A stretch of 63,936 nucleotides of DNA, filler included, from Octopus bimaculoides (Eukaryota): the NCBI RefSeq assembly GCF_001194135.2. It is 6 parts of 6 records of this genome, joined end to end, with 100 filler letters (N's around TTAATTAATTAA, not from the genome) between each part and the next. Parts side by side here need not be neighbours in the genome. Positions count along the whole stretch, not along the records: positions 47,940 to 62,002 come from NC_068982.1; positions 62,103 to 63,936 come from NC_068989.1; 4 more parts are not named here. The stretch is one strand, 5' to 3'. The position numbers and the translations under genes are program-made. The notes below the pieces were generated by a model. The model worked only from the letters and a program-made list of their open reading frames with translations. It had not been told where the DNA came from and made no database searches. Each line of letters opens with the position of its first letter. The stretch's first letter is position 1. Below are positions 51,190 through 63,936 of the stretch, piece by piece.

Positions 51190-54100
51190 ATATGCTATTA
51201 TAGCCATGCTGCAAGTGCAACCGATTATACAGAGCATACCAGAATTCGGAGTACGGCTCTTCAGTTCGCCTATGTATAATATCTGAAGTAAGATATTATG
51301 GATCAGATCTGTTCTGTTAAACAACAATCACAGCTTGTATTTCCTGCTATGATGGATCAGAACGGATCAGGAGCTAATAAAAAAAAATTTAAAAAACAAA
51401 ACAATAACCAAATATCATGTGTGTGGCAAATATTTTAGATAAGATAACGAACATACTGCAAGTAACTTGTGTTTGCGTCATGCTTTCTATTTTCAGTTCA
51501 GTAATTCTTCTTACATGATTAATGCCTTCTGGAAATGTGTGAATGACAGAGCTTCCTGAATATGTCTAGTTTCGCAGAGTCAAGCAATTAAATCTATTTC
51601 ATTTCAAAATAAATAAAGTATTTATCTTAACTCAATATTGTAAATTCTATTGCATTGTTTCCTTTATGTCATTTAAAAATACGCATAATTGCATTAAGAA
51701 AAGTATTTTTTCCCCACAAAAAATTAGTGAAACACAAAAAAAAAAAACAGAAAGCAATTCAAAGAACTTACAATAGAGTAAAATGAATACCAACAACATT
51801 TAAACAGAACTGCTTAACCATCATCAGGGGATTAAGAATGGATGTCAAAAGTGCATAATGTCGTCCAAGACAGAATTATCTGAACGTTTTTGTGTTACAT
51901 TAAAACATAAGTAAATTCTATATCTGACGTACGATCGTTCAATAAATATATGGCTGTATAGCGTAAGAAATGACCTAAGGAGAATTTTGACTGACAAGTT
52001 AAAGAAATCTTTTGAATAGATAACAAATGACATCTGACATGAACATTTTTCAACAATTCGGTACTCATATATATATATATATATATATATATACTAGACT
52101 CATAGTCTCACCTACTTATTATTCACACAATCTAAACTGTCTCCCATACTTCATTTGTATATGTGTGCGTGTGACTAGGTGTGTATGTGCGATGTGCGTG
52201 TGTGTGTATATGTTTGTGTGCCTCTAACTTCCTAAGTCTCTCTTTCTCTCACTCCCCCTCTCTCTCTCTGTATATATATATGTATATATATATATATTGC
52301 TTTTATATATATGCACACACAAACAGACTGACAAACATACGCACGCGCGCACACACCATAGTTTTTACAAATTTAAGATCTATTTGAGTTTTATCATATT
52401 CGTGTTGTATTGAGATCTGCTTTTACGCTGCTTTAGTTTATATAAAATATACATTGCGTGTAATTATTAAATTGGAAAATCGAAATATTAACGACTCGTT
52501 GTAATTAATAAACAAGTCTAATGTGCTAATGTAGTATTCCAACATATTTGTGCAGTTTTAATGGAGCTGCTTAATAATAATTCACATGGGTTTTGTAATA
52601 AGCGTGTCTAATTCGTTGTCTTGTCAAAACCGGAAATTTGTATATTCCCTCACATCAAGGACGTTGCACCTATTTGTGGACGACGTGGTGAATTTGCAGT
52701 CGAAATGAAAGGTTGTTCGTATTCCGATATCTGTAGCCGATGTTATAAATGTTATAAACACAAACATTTGTTTGTATTATGCTGTTGAGCAAAATAAACA
52801 ACAATCATATTAACTTTAGATGTAAGTTTATGAAAGCTTGTTGCAATCAATCTCTGAAAATCTTTCCATCAATTAATTTAAGTTCTTTGATTCTGCATTC
52901 TCCGATGCTGAACAGAATGTGTCATAATTACAGTAATATCTATTAGAATTTTATGTCAGTATTGCATTTATTCTTTTGAAATACATTTGATTTTATACAA
53001 TCAAATAACTGATTCAAGTAAGGAGATGAAACCTAAGAAGTTTGTGAAAATTATATATTGGTTTACATGTTGAATACTTTAACTGAAAGGATGAGAGACG
53101 GAGTTAATAAAACGGAAAATGATATTTGCTAGAACAGGCTGGCCTATAAATAAATCGCTGCACTGTTACGGCTCAATTTTAGAACACAAAGAGAAGAGTT
53201 ACATATGTATGAACTATTTTCTTCTTTTCTGTGACGAAAGACTATAAGGAAACACTTTCATTTAGTTGTTCTCATTGAACACCACATGTCTTCATATGCT
53301 ATAAATGAGCGATTTTACCCTTCTTAACATCACCAGCTCTCATTTATTTGGAACATGTTATGTATCCAAAACCACCAAATGCAAATTCAGGAAAGAAAAT
53401 GTTTATGAATAGTATCGTTTATAGCAAGTGACAAGGAAATACGTACAAATCAAAACACTAATAAAAAGGTCGAGAAGTAACACTATTCAACGACTGAGCT
53501 CATAGATCTAAGAGGAAGCAAACTTCTAAAACTGTAGTTTGGAACGAAAATTCATATATTTCAAGATAGAGAATAGAAATGTCTAATAAACCCGGCGCGA
53601 ATATCTTAGGACCCGTTAATATCTCAGATAAATAAAAACAATGGCGTGTATTTTAAGGAACTAAAGTAGAGTACAATGTAATGGTTAGCATTTTTTTTTT
53701 ATGCTGATGATTGAAAAAAAGTATTTATAATTACGAGCTTCATCTGCCGAAAAATCATAATTATAACAATGAATCTTCTATTACATCTATAAATTCATGA
53801 AATAAACTTTTAAAAGTATGCCATCTTTTCCTTTGTTATTCATTTGTAATCGTGTTAGAGTTAATTCTATACGATTTTTATACTTAGCATTTCCCCAGAG
53901 TTTGTAGCACTTATATCAGGAAAATATTTCGAAATTTTTATGCAATGTATCATATTTTACCGGGTCAAATTCCATGGCATGCTCTCGTTTCTTAAAGTAT
54001 CAGTAAATATTATGTATCATCTGATACTCCAGTTTTTAGATATCGCGTCATAGATTTTATGAATGAATGGCATATTTGCTACCTGTGATATAATCACTGA

Positions 54101-55132
54101 AGCTAAAAAATCTCTAGCGAAGATACTTGCTTAGTAAGTTAACTATGTGCGTATTGATTAGCTTTATTTCTGTTTACGTTGTTTCGTAAAATTTATCACC
54201 AACTTTCTCTAATCATGGAACTAAGATCTCCGAAACGTTTAGAGTTAACAAAAATCATTTCGCCATCTTTTGCAAAAGTATCTTTGTCATTTTTAAGTAA
54301 ACTGTGTCCTATCGGTATTCTGCCTTTCTAGTGGCTCAAGTGTATCCTGTTTGTTGGTTTTAACTCTCATGTATTCCATTGAAATCTTGTCAGAAAACTA
54401 CATTTATTTCTTCGGCTCACTTGGTATAACATTTCAGATTGTTTTAATACATTATAGTGTTGAATTAATGATATTCAACACGATAGAAGACAGTTCCAAT
54501 AAAATATATCAAAAACTTAGTTTATCGCGACCGAAACAACCGAACTTTAAAATGATTTCCTTTTGAAGTTGAGTTGTTGCTATAAATAGTGTCTAATTTA
54601 GAATACAAACACAATGCTGGGTGTTTCGAAGAAACTGAACAGAAAATGGAGATTTAGCGAAATTTTAAACGTAACATAATTCGAATGAAAAAATTTTAAT
54701 GAAAATATATCAAAAAAACATTTCTTAGCCTTTCATAAATTTTCAATATTTGCGAGTAAAACGCATTAATTATTCAAACGTCTGACATAATATTCAGATA
54801 TACATATGCTTGGGATATTAATTTTGTTTATCGTTTATATAATAAAGCAAGTTTATATAGTTGAAGTGGTAACATAGCCAAGTCTACCGACTGAAAACGT
54901 GCTCAACATGTCTGGTAATAATTTTCTGAGCAGAAGGTTACTTTAAAGTTACGAGCTTATTTCCTTCTAAAATTATTGGAAAGAATCTGCAGTTATTTGT
55001 CATATGCCATTCAAACATTCTCGATGGTAGAAGTTTGATTAAAACCTTACTACACTTAAATATAAGTTGATTAGTAACCTTCTTGACACTTCAATGTTAT
55101 CACCACACTCGTTCTGTTTCTATTTGACCTAC

Positions 55133-55178
<46 letters not shown>

Positions 55179-55182
55179 ATAT

Positions 55183-55215
<33 letters not shown>

Positions 55216-56480
55216 TATATATNNNNNNNNNNNNNNNNNNNNNNNNNNNNNNNNNNNNNNNNNNNNNNNNNNNNNNNNNNNNNNNNNNNNNNNNNNNNNN
55301 NNNNNNNNNNNNNNNNNNNNNNNNNNNNNNNNNNNNNNNNNNNNNNNNNNNNNNNNNNNNNNNNNNNNNNNNNNNNNNNNNNNNNNNNNNNNNNNNNNNN
55401 NNNNNNNNNNNNNNNNNNNNNNNNNNNNNNNNNNNNNNNNNNNNNNNNNNNNNNNNNNNNNNNNNNNNNNNNNNTACATATATATATATATGAGTGTGTG
55501 TCTGTGTGCGTGCTGCAAATATATGTATAATTTGTGAGATTTAGAGAGACATTAAACCTTTTTTCCTCAGATGTTTTCCTGCTTTTCATGTTAGCGATCA
55601 ATACTCTTTTTATTGAAAGTAATATTATCGTTGATAGACGACTCTGTCAATTTGTGAGATGTTTTCATGAATATATGCCAACATTGCTTCATTATTTTTC
55701 GGTTATTAGAATTGCTCGGTCGGCGAGGAATTGGTCTCTGCAGACAACAGAGAATAGAGGTCACTACTCAAATGAATGGAATATTTCACTTGGTCGTTTT
55801 GTCTGATATGTTAACCTCAGGCATAATTGTGAATTCCCTTAAAATATCGTGTTGAAGTACCGGCTCCTAGCACTGTATCTCTGAAAAGAACCTAATATCG
55901 TCAAATGTTTTATGTTTTATTTTTATTTTATATATACATATGTATATATTATATATATAATGTAATACCATTTGTAATTAAAGACATTTTAATCATGAAA
56001 TAAAAGATATAGCACCAATTCTGTACCGCATTTGATGTTTAAAGTAGATCTCCCTGGTGCCTGTTTCAAAATTAATGTCTTACGCTACGACTTTCTTTTT
56101 CGCTTAAAGAATCTATGGCATCTACCTACTTATCAAAAGTCCTAGCCAAGCCTTCCCTGCTGGACATCATTATAGTTGGCTGCTTTATTGAAATATTCAT
56201 TCTCAGCAGGCTGTGCAACAGAATGTGTTTCTAGAGTAATTAAACTAGCTACGAACACTATAAGCCTTGTCCATCATAACACTCCATAACATTTCGTTGT
56301 AGGATATTGTCTACTTGTTTTCTTTCATTTTCCGTTCTTATGAAGAAATAAAAGACGATATCTGGAAAGCACTTAAAAACTTGTTGGCACCTCAAACTTG
56401 CTACAGCAGTACGTTAATTGAACAGGAATAATTTTCTTTTTTACTGAAGCGACTTGTTAATTAAATCAATAAATCGTAAA
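51190..56480 (-). pseudogene. decayed Toll-like receptor pseudogene (LRRNT-LRRs-LRRCT-TM-TIR)
   Basis: Frame-hopping translation gives an LRRNT-like CSKFEVPTSF..LLFLHKN (~56.3 kb) and many LRR fragments (HTFKSL ~53.8 kb, SILKYMNFRS ~53.55 kb, FPEFAFGG ~53.38 kb, SLCVLKLSRN ~53.17 kb). These are followed by an LRRCT-like TFHFDCK (~52.7 kb), hydrophobic MLLVFILLY (~51.78 kb) and TIR-like RKLC/IHTFPEG..ITE..IES..ILSKIF and EFWYAL (51.5-51.2 kb). Stops and frameshifts are frequent, and microsatellites are inserted at ~52.1-52.35 and ~55.15-55.5 kb. Confidence 0.65.
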
Positions 56481-56769
56481 CTTAGAACATTCTTATTAGA
56501 TATTTTAATACATTTTCTAATGGCTTCCAAGAAAAAGAGGCGGTTTTGTCACTTACAGGAGAAAACGTGTGAAAATGACAAAATGAAAGGCGAATAAAGA
56601 AAACGTGAGAGGAAAAAGAAAAGAAACAATATGAGAAGTAAATGTAAATGTGGAAACATGGTCGAATAATAAAAACAAACAAAATAGCGAAGCGTGTAAT
56701 TAGTCTTTAGAATATTATTCATTTTGAAGAAATAAGGAGGCTGCCAACTACAAGATCAGTATCAACGGC

Positions 56770-57134
56770 AAATATATTGTACTTTTATAGTTGTTAGTGT
56801 TGTTGCACCCGTTCTTCTTCTTCTTCTTCTTCTTCTTCTTCTTCTTCTTCTTCTTCTTCTTCTTCTTCTCCTTCTTCTTCTTCTTCTCCTCCTCCTCCTC
56901 CTCCTTCTTCGTGTTCTTGTTCTTGTTCTTCTTGTTCTTGTTCTTGCTCTTCTTCTTCTTCTTCTTCTTCTTCTTCTTCTTCTTCTTCTTCTTCTTCTTC
57001 TTCTTCTTCCTTTTGTTGTGATTATTATTTTGAGTAAACATGCTGATGATGATGATGATGATGATAGCAATGTTGATTGGAATGATATTAAAAATAAATG
57101 AGGAACAATAAATAACACTGAGGATAGTAGCAGT

Positions 57135-57189
<55 letters not shown>

Positions 57190-57236
57190 AGAAGAACGAC
57201 TACACGAAAATCAAATAACAACAACAACAACAACAC

Positions 57237-57283
<47 letters not shown>

Positions 57284-57285
57284 GT
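56770..57285. repeat. compound trinucleotide microsatellite
   Basis: Consecutive (CTT)n, (CCT)n, (GTTCTT)n, (GAT)n, (AGC)n/(AGT)n, (AAC)n and (AAT)n. Confidence 0.95.
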
Positions 57286-57309
57286 ATTCAAATCTGTTGT
57301 GCGTAAATG

Positions 57310-57802
57310 AAATAATGATAATCATTGGAAGTACTAAAATGTACATGTTTTGTCTTGCTGTAAAAGATGGGCTACAGCAAATATTCTGCACAATACAACA
57401 GATTTGATTGTCAGTTGCTTGACCTTAATCAGGATAACATGTTTCTTAGTGGCTGACGGTATGTTTGGCGTTGAACGCAAACAGGATTAGTGGGGGAGCA
57501 TCATAGCTAAAGTTTAGTGTTTGAATAATTCACCACTGGCAGCATGAATGTTTTCGTTCATCGTCCTAAAAAAAATCCTTATTCAGAGACCCTTTGAGTG
57601 GGCTGGGCTACTCGACCTGCAGAATGAACTAACTGGCTCTCACCTACATATTATTCATGATAAATGCATACTATGTCACGCATATTGTTGTGACGCATAT
57701 GCCTGGCGTACCTTTATCGAACGTGTAGTTATAATGGGTATATTTGGCTTCATTTGTTTGTACCCCATCGCGTTACTCTGATGGCGTGTGATGCTCTCTG
57801 TC

Positions 57803-57871
<69 letters not shown>

Positions 57872-57920
57872 TAGCAAAATGTGGAATCTGAAGACGAAAA
57901 CAATACCTATTGTCATAGGT
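57310..57920 (+). mobile_element. R4/Dong-associated 3' repeat + (AAT)n followed by a second RLE-tail start
   Basis: 57310-57800 mirrors the 32930-33175 repeat and ends in (AAT)n. MWNLKTKTIPIVIG follows, before a gap. A related segment recurs at 58240-58480. Confidence 0.6.
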
Positions 57921-58100
57921 NNNNNNNNNNNNNNNNNNNNNNNNNNNNNNNNNNNNNNNNNNNNNNNNNNNNNNNNNNNNNNNNNNNNNNNNNNNNNNNN
58001 NNNNNNNNNNNNNNNNNNNNNNNNNNNNNNNNNNNNNNNNNNNNNNNNNNNNNNNNNNNNNNNNNNNNNNNNNNNNNNNNNNNNNNNNNNNNNNNNNNNG

Positions 58101-58212
<112 letters not shown>

Positions 58213-58649
58213 CGATGCAGCACCAAGCTGTGGCATCCTTGGTTTCTCATCTTAACTGATTGGAAGTGTTATCATATACATTGTTATGCCGTTGTATAAA
58301 AATGGGCTATAGCAAAGATTCTGCACAATACCACAGCTTTTCTTGACACTTGTTTGGCGTTAACAAGTTAAGCATGTCTCTTAGTGGCTGACTATAAGTG
58401 CATCTCTGTAGATGTAGTGGAGGAAGCATCATAGCCATGTGCTGAGAGGTATTCTTTGAGGGTGACTTCGAATAAATAAAACAATGGACATATGTTCATA
58501 TACAATTGTAGTGGTGTCTCTAGAAAAAAGAACTTCCACCTAGAGACAATTAACAAGTAAGATTTAGGATTTCGTTGAGGACAAAAGGGAGGTGGCCAGG
58601 CGCAATGCACCATCTGACATGCAATCCCAGCTTGAGAGGCATTTCATAC

Positions 58650-61600
58650 CAATTCTAGCGGCTGCAGTGGCATCATGTAGTCAGTGTTGAGATACATACA
58701 CATTTCAAGACGGATGACTTCGTATTCGTTTGACTCCAGACTTCAGGGTTGTCAAATCAAACAACTACGAAATAGTTCCATATCAAGCAGCTAAACAAAA
58801 TACTCACCTACGGGTTATAAACCCATCATTAGACTGCAGGTTCAGCTCTTATTCATGGACTGTCATTTATGGTTTACTTTGAACTCAGTACAGAAATTAT
58901 TACCACAGTTATGGTTTGACCTCTCAAACGTCTTTTTTACAAGTCGATCCAATGAAAATGCCCCAATTTAATGACGAAATAATTTGGCAATATTTGACGT
59001 TTAGATGGTAACATTAAACGATGATGATATATACACTTACAGTAATTCTGATTGATATTCTACGACAGCTTGATTTGAAACCGGTGCTCTGCGAGATTTG
59101 CCACCCAACGTGTTGAGTACTGTCACATTCCATTAAAGACAACTTCCAAACTGAATAAACAAAATCTTTAGACAAATCATATATCACCCGAGATTACCAG
59201 CAAATTACCTGAAGTTGCCTCTTTATTTTGCTCAATTATAAGCCGACCAGCATGCCTTGATATATTTATTGCTGGCAATACCTCATTTACTCGATACGTG
59301 CAATCATTAACGCAACCAACCTCTATGATGTTACATTGCAATAACATCATTCGTAAAAACGAAAACGCATTCCTCGCTCTCTTTCGAAATAGAAGTCAGT
59401 CAGACATTTGCGTTCATGTATCAGTAGCTTAGATCTAGTATATATTGAAAGTGAGATCGATAGCACACTTTTCACTCTAAAATCGTGAGTCTATGTTGTT
59501 CTAACTGGATGGAAACTTTGCCAGGAAACTAAACAGATGTTATAGTATAGTGAATCTATATATCCTCTGAAAGCGAGAACAGGACTGGTTAAACTGGCGA
59601 CAACCATCAAGTATCGATCTGGAAAAGTAACTACCTGAAATGGCTAGGTTCGTTGCCCATCAACCATAATGTATATCATGAAAGTTAAATGTTGTTGAAA
59701 GATTCCCTAGCGTTTAAACACTTGTGCACTTTTTCGGTTGTACTGACAAGAAGCGTCAATGTTTTGCTTATAACTTTGACAATGACTAAAATCTAATTTG
59801 CTTGCATAGTAAGTCGGTTGTTAACGATAATATTCTTATTGATTGCATAATAACTTAGCAGTGCAACAATTCTCTGATTCATGTAATTTGGAGATCTCAT
59901 ACCCTGTGCTCCACTGCAAATAACACAATCTATATGCTCTCAACTAAATATCTTTAACAATTATGTTCACAATAAAGTTCAGCCGTATATCAGCTGGTGA
60001 TATCCGATTTTTGGAATACCTAGTGTTATATGCCTAATGTCTGGGGTAGTTCGTTGAAGAAAACATTAACATTGATACGCAATAACCCTTCTGGTTCGAC
60101 GAACAGTTGCCAAAAGTGTCGTTGGAAATCCACACATATGAACGTAGAATCGAGTTTCAGTTGTCTTTCCAATTCAATTAATCTTAAGTCTTGCTTTGAC
60201 GCTACAGAAGGACTCTATTTCCCGATGCTTACTCACTATTTTTGAAACGTATACGCTTTAGCTGGGAACGAATAGCATTCGGCTTTCACAATAAAGAAAT
60301 GATAGTCCAGCATTCTCACTGCTACATGTTCGCCTGGATTGCTTTCTCATTTGCAACTTTTAGTTTGCTCAATAGCTCCTGTTCTAATCTGCTTTTATCG
60401 ATATCAGCATCTTTGAAAAATATCTTAGAAATTTTGCGCTGATCATCCAAAGAAATTATTTTAACAAAATTATATAAAAGAGTTAGAATCTGACGTTAAG
60501 GACAATTATAATAACAAAAATTAAACACAGGAGCACATTTACATGCGTGGTACATGTGTATGCATATGTGTTCATGTGCGTATGTGTTAGTGATATGTAC
60601 ATGTTTAAACTTATTAAAAAAAACATGGTTTTATATTGTAAATATAAACATGACGCAGACATATATAAAATGTAGAGAAATTTTATAAAAAGAAATATTT
60701 TAATCAAACTTGACAACATAACACTTAGAAAAACTATTCTAAAAAATTGCTATAATTAGTTTAATTCCTATTTCGAGTCACAGTTAATTTTATGAAGATA
60801 TTTTTTTTCGTCAACAATTTTCTTTATATTTCATTGCAATCAACTCTTTTCGATCGACCGTCTGCATACCACTCAACTTACTCTGAGCAAAACCACTTTA
60901 ATCACAAGAAGTAAATGTGAGATTGTATTTACATTTGTCAAAGTGTAGGTAGGTATTTCTTTTTTCTTACGAAACTTCTGTGGATGGTCCCATTTTCTTT
61001 TCTGTAGTCCCCACTCCAAATGGGAATTTTTCTGTTAGAGTATGAGGAACCTCTGACAAAGTCTTAATATAAAGTTTACGATCGATGTTTGGTGATGATC
61101 TTCGCAAAATTACATTTCATGCTTGTATTTCATTTTGTTGGTCATATGGATTCCCTCAATCAACATTAAGATGTGGAAGCTTTTCTTGTATTCTTGACTG
61201 TTCAATTTATTATTGCTATTGCTATTCTGAATTTTATCGTTCCATTTGGTGTATTTCAGTATGATGTAATTTCGCCCGATCATAGTAATGAATTTTTTTT
61301 GTTGATGAGTTTATTCCTGTCGGTTTTGTTCAAGCTGCAAGTGAAGCTCTTAGATGCACCACCTATTATTTCGGTTTTTAGCTAAAAGTAGCCATTTAGC
61401 CTCAATATTATCTTTTCAGAAAAATCGCCATTTGTGATGCACCATTTGTGCGAAACTGAAGCTGAGGCGTTTAAGATGGAGATAAATATAAGTTTTCACA
61501 TGCCGATATTTGCTAAGATACAGGTTTCGGAAAGGATTATTTATCTAGTCATTATTTTGTATTCTGCTTTTGAGGTTCATATTTGTTTGGAGATTTCTGT

Positions 61601-61780
61601 TATGTTTTGCAGATGTTAATCACAGAATTTTGGAATTATTTTTTCGTTGCAGAAATTTCGGCTCTATAACCGGTTGAACTAACAAGCTCGCATCTAGTTT
61701 GGCTGTTTACTATATCTGCTTACCCAGGTGCACACATTTCTTATTCGTTAATCTCTGCCCTGTGTGCAAAAGCCATTTTA
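58650..61780 (-). mobile_element. near full-length decayed RTE-clade LINE (endonuclease + RT)
   Basis: In the expected order on the minus strand: endonuclease-like TKH...DF (~61.1 kb), RT-like TFICVDFQ (~60.13 kb), IIVNNRLT (~59.83 kb), FKSSCRRI (~59.07 kb) and LGHFH..KRRLRG (~58.95 kb). Many stops. Confidence 0.55.
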
Positions 61781-61811
61781 CAGCAGTAACAACAGCAAAT
61801 CCAGGAAGTTG

Positions 61812-61886
<75 letters not shown>

Positions 61887-62102
61887 GTTCAGTAGTTTTA
61901 TTTTTATAACGTGCTTTCACTTCACTACCGAGAGCAGCTCTGTGCGCCTTGGGTATGTGCTGTGGTTTGCTGTGGTGTTCTTATGGTTACTGTATTGAAA
62001 GTNNNNNNNNNNNNNNNNNNNNNNNNNNNNNNNNNNNNNNNNNNNNTTAATTAATTAANNNNNNNNNNNNNNNNNNNNNNNNNNNNNNNNNNNNNNNNNN
62101 NN

Positions 62103-62164
<62 letters not shown>

Positions 62165-62937
62165 TGTATGTTTGTATATGTGTATATAAATGTGTGTGTA
62201 TATATGTCTAATGTGTGTGTATATATATGCATATGCACTTATACATGTATGTGTATATATGCAGACAAACGCATATATGCATATATATACACACTATCTC
62301 ATGCAAACCTACATATATGCATGTATTAATTTACATGTGTGTGTACGTTCATGTCCATATATGCACAAACATAATATATGTTTATATGTGTATGTGCATA
62401 CATATATATACATGTACACACGCACACGCACACTTGCCTGTCTTTTAATCATCAATAATAACTTGGTTAATTGACTTGTCATTAATTCTATCTAATTACC
62501 AACTGCATGCCTTCAGTTATTGCCTGATGAATGAGCCTTGATTTTATCTCTTTATATATCTTATCAATGCATCTATCAACCAACAAACCAACAAACCAAC
62601 CAGTCTAACACTTTATAATATATATATATATAATATTTTGTTTTGTTATACTTCATTCTTTTACTGCATGTTTTTTTTTTCCACAATCCATCTGGTTTTT
62701 TTCTTGTCTATCATCAATCTACTATTCATTTGTCTATCCACTCGTCTTCCAATCTATATATTCAGTGCTCTGTATAGCCAGAGACCTAATTTTTTAAACA
62801 TGTATTTCTCTGCAAAAGATACAAAACAGCACCTGATGAATGGTGGCTGTAAATCAGATGAAGTTATATCTGATGCTACCAGGAAACTCTGAGTACTGCA
62901 TGTGAGTGTTCTATGCTTATATACACACACATTTATA

Positions 62938-62977
<40 letters not shown>

Positions 62978-63331
62978 TTTATATATATACATATGTATGT
63001 ATGTATGTATGTGTATATATATATATATACACGCACATACATATGTATGTATGTATATATATTTATGTATGTGTATATGTATGTTTGTTTATATATATAT
63101 ATATATGGAAATAGATACTCAATCAGTTGGTTATAAGTATTTTTGAGTATTAGTTGTTTGATCTACCGACTGATGTATTCTGTGAATGAGTATGGGATGT
63201 GGTTGAGTATTCTGTGGACATGTGTACTCTTAATAGAATTCCCTGACAGAATCTATCATTCATTCATTCACCCTTCTGTCTCTCTGATTTATTTATTTTC
63301 TGTAGTATATGTTTAGGTGCGTGAGTATTTG

Positions 63332-63362
<31 letters not shown>

Positions 63363-63897
63363 GCATATACGCACACACACACACACACACACACACTGAC
63401 CAATGCCTTGTCAGTGAATTTAGTTGATGGAAACTGCGTTATAGTTTGTTGTATTTGTCTTTGTATTTACATTTTAACTTCNNNNNNNNNNCCCCCCCAT
63501 CGACATCATTTGGCAGTTGGTGCTGGTTTGTTTATGTCCCTGTTAGAGAAAAGAGATAAAATAAATATGAGACTTAGGAAAATAAGTCCTAGGGTTGAAG
63601 TGTTTGACTAGAACCCTTCATGGCAGTGCCCCAGTATGGCCACGGTCTAGTGATCAAAGCAAATAAAAGTTACACTCATATTAGTGTGTGCGTATGTATA
63701 ATATATACATATATGTGTGTGTGTCTGTGTGTGTCTATGTATGTGTATATATATATCATGATGATGGTCATCATCATTTAATGTCCATTGTCCATGCTGG
63801 CATGGGTTGGACAGTTTGACCAGGGCTGGCAAGCCGCGGAGCTGCACTAGGCTCCAGTCTATTTGGTAGGGTTTCTATGGCTGAATGGCCTATATAC

Positions 63898-63936
<39 letters not shown>

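Noticed and set aside
50700-51330. Hydrophobic frames resembling a 7TM GPCR (LGR or adhesion type)
   Set aside because: The similarity was spread over inconsistent frames with stops, and 51200-51500 is better explained as a TIR tail in another frame. AT-rich DNA readily translates as hydrophobic.

Overview
AT-rich, repeat-dense eukaryotic genomic DNA from a gappy draft assembly. The SINE families and microsatellite load suggest an octopod mollusc (inference, not verified). About a fifth of the window is N, and almost all long ORFs in the supplied track are gap or microsatellite artefacts. Manual translation found one intact spliced gene on the minus strand, with six phase-compatible GT-AG exons between 7497 and 19932 and its 5' exon(s) unresolved. 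It encodes an extracellular alpha-carbonic-anhydrase-fold protein in which two of the three zinc-binding histidines are replaced (His94->Ala, His119->Gln, human CA2 numbering), with a hydrophobic GPI-signal-like tail. It is therefore probably an acatalytic CA-related protein. Two heavily decayed LRR pseudogenes lie in tandem on the minus strand: 51.2-56.5 kb shows LRR-TM-TIR (Toll-like receptor) order, and 47.95-50.06 kb shows LRRs only. The rest is transposon debris: Penelope-like elements plus a hammerhead ribozyme motif, RTE, Tx1/L1, R4/Dong, piggyBac- and hAT-type MITEs, several tRNA-derived SINE families, minisatellites and microsatellites. All calls are by eye; no database search was run.
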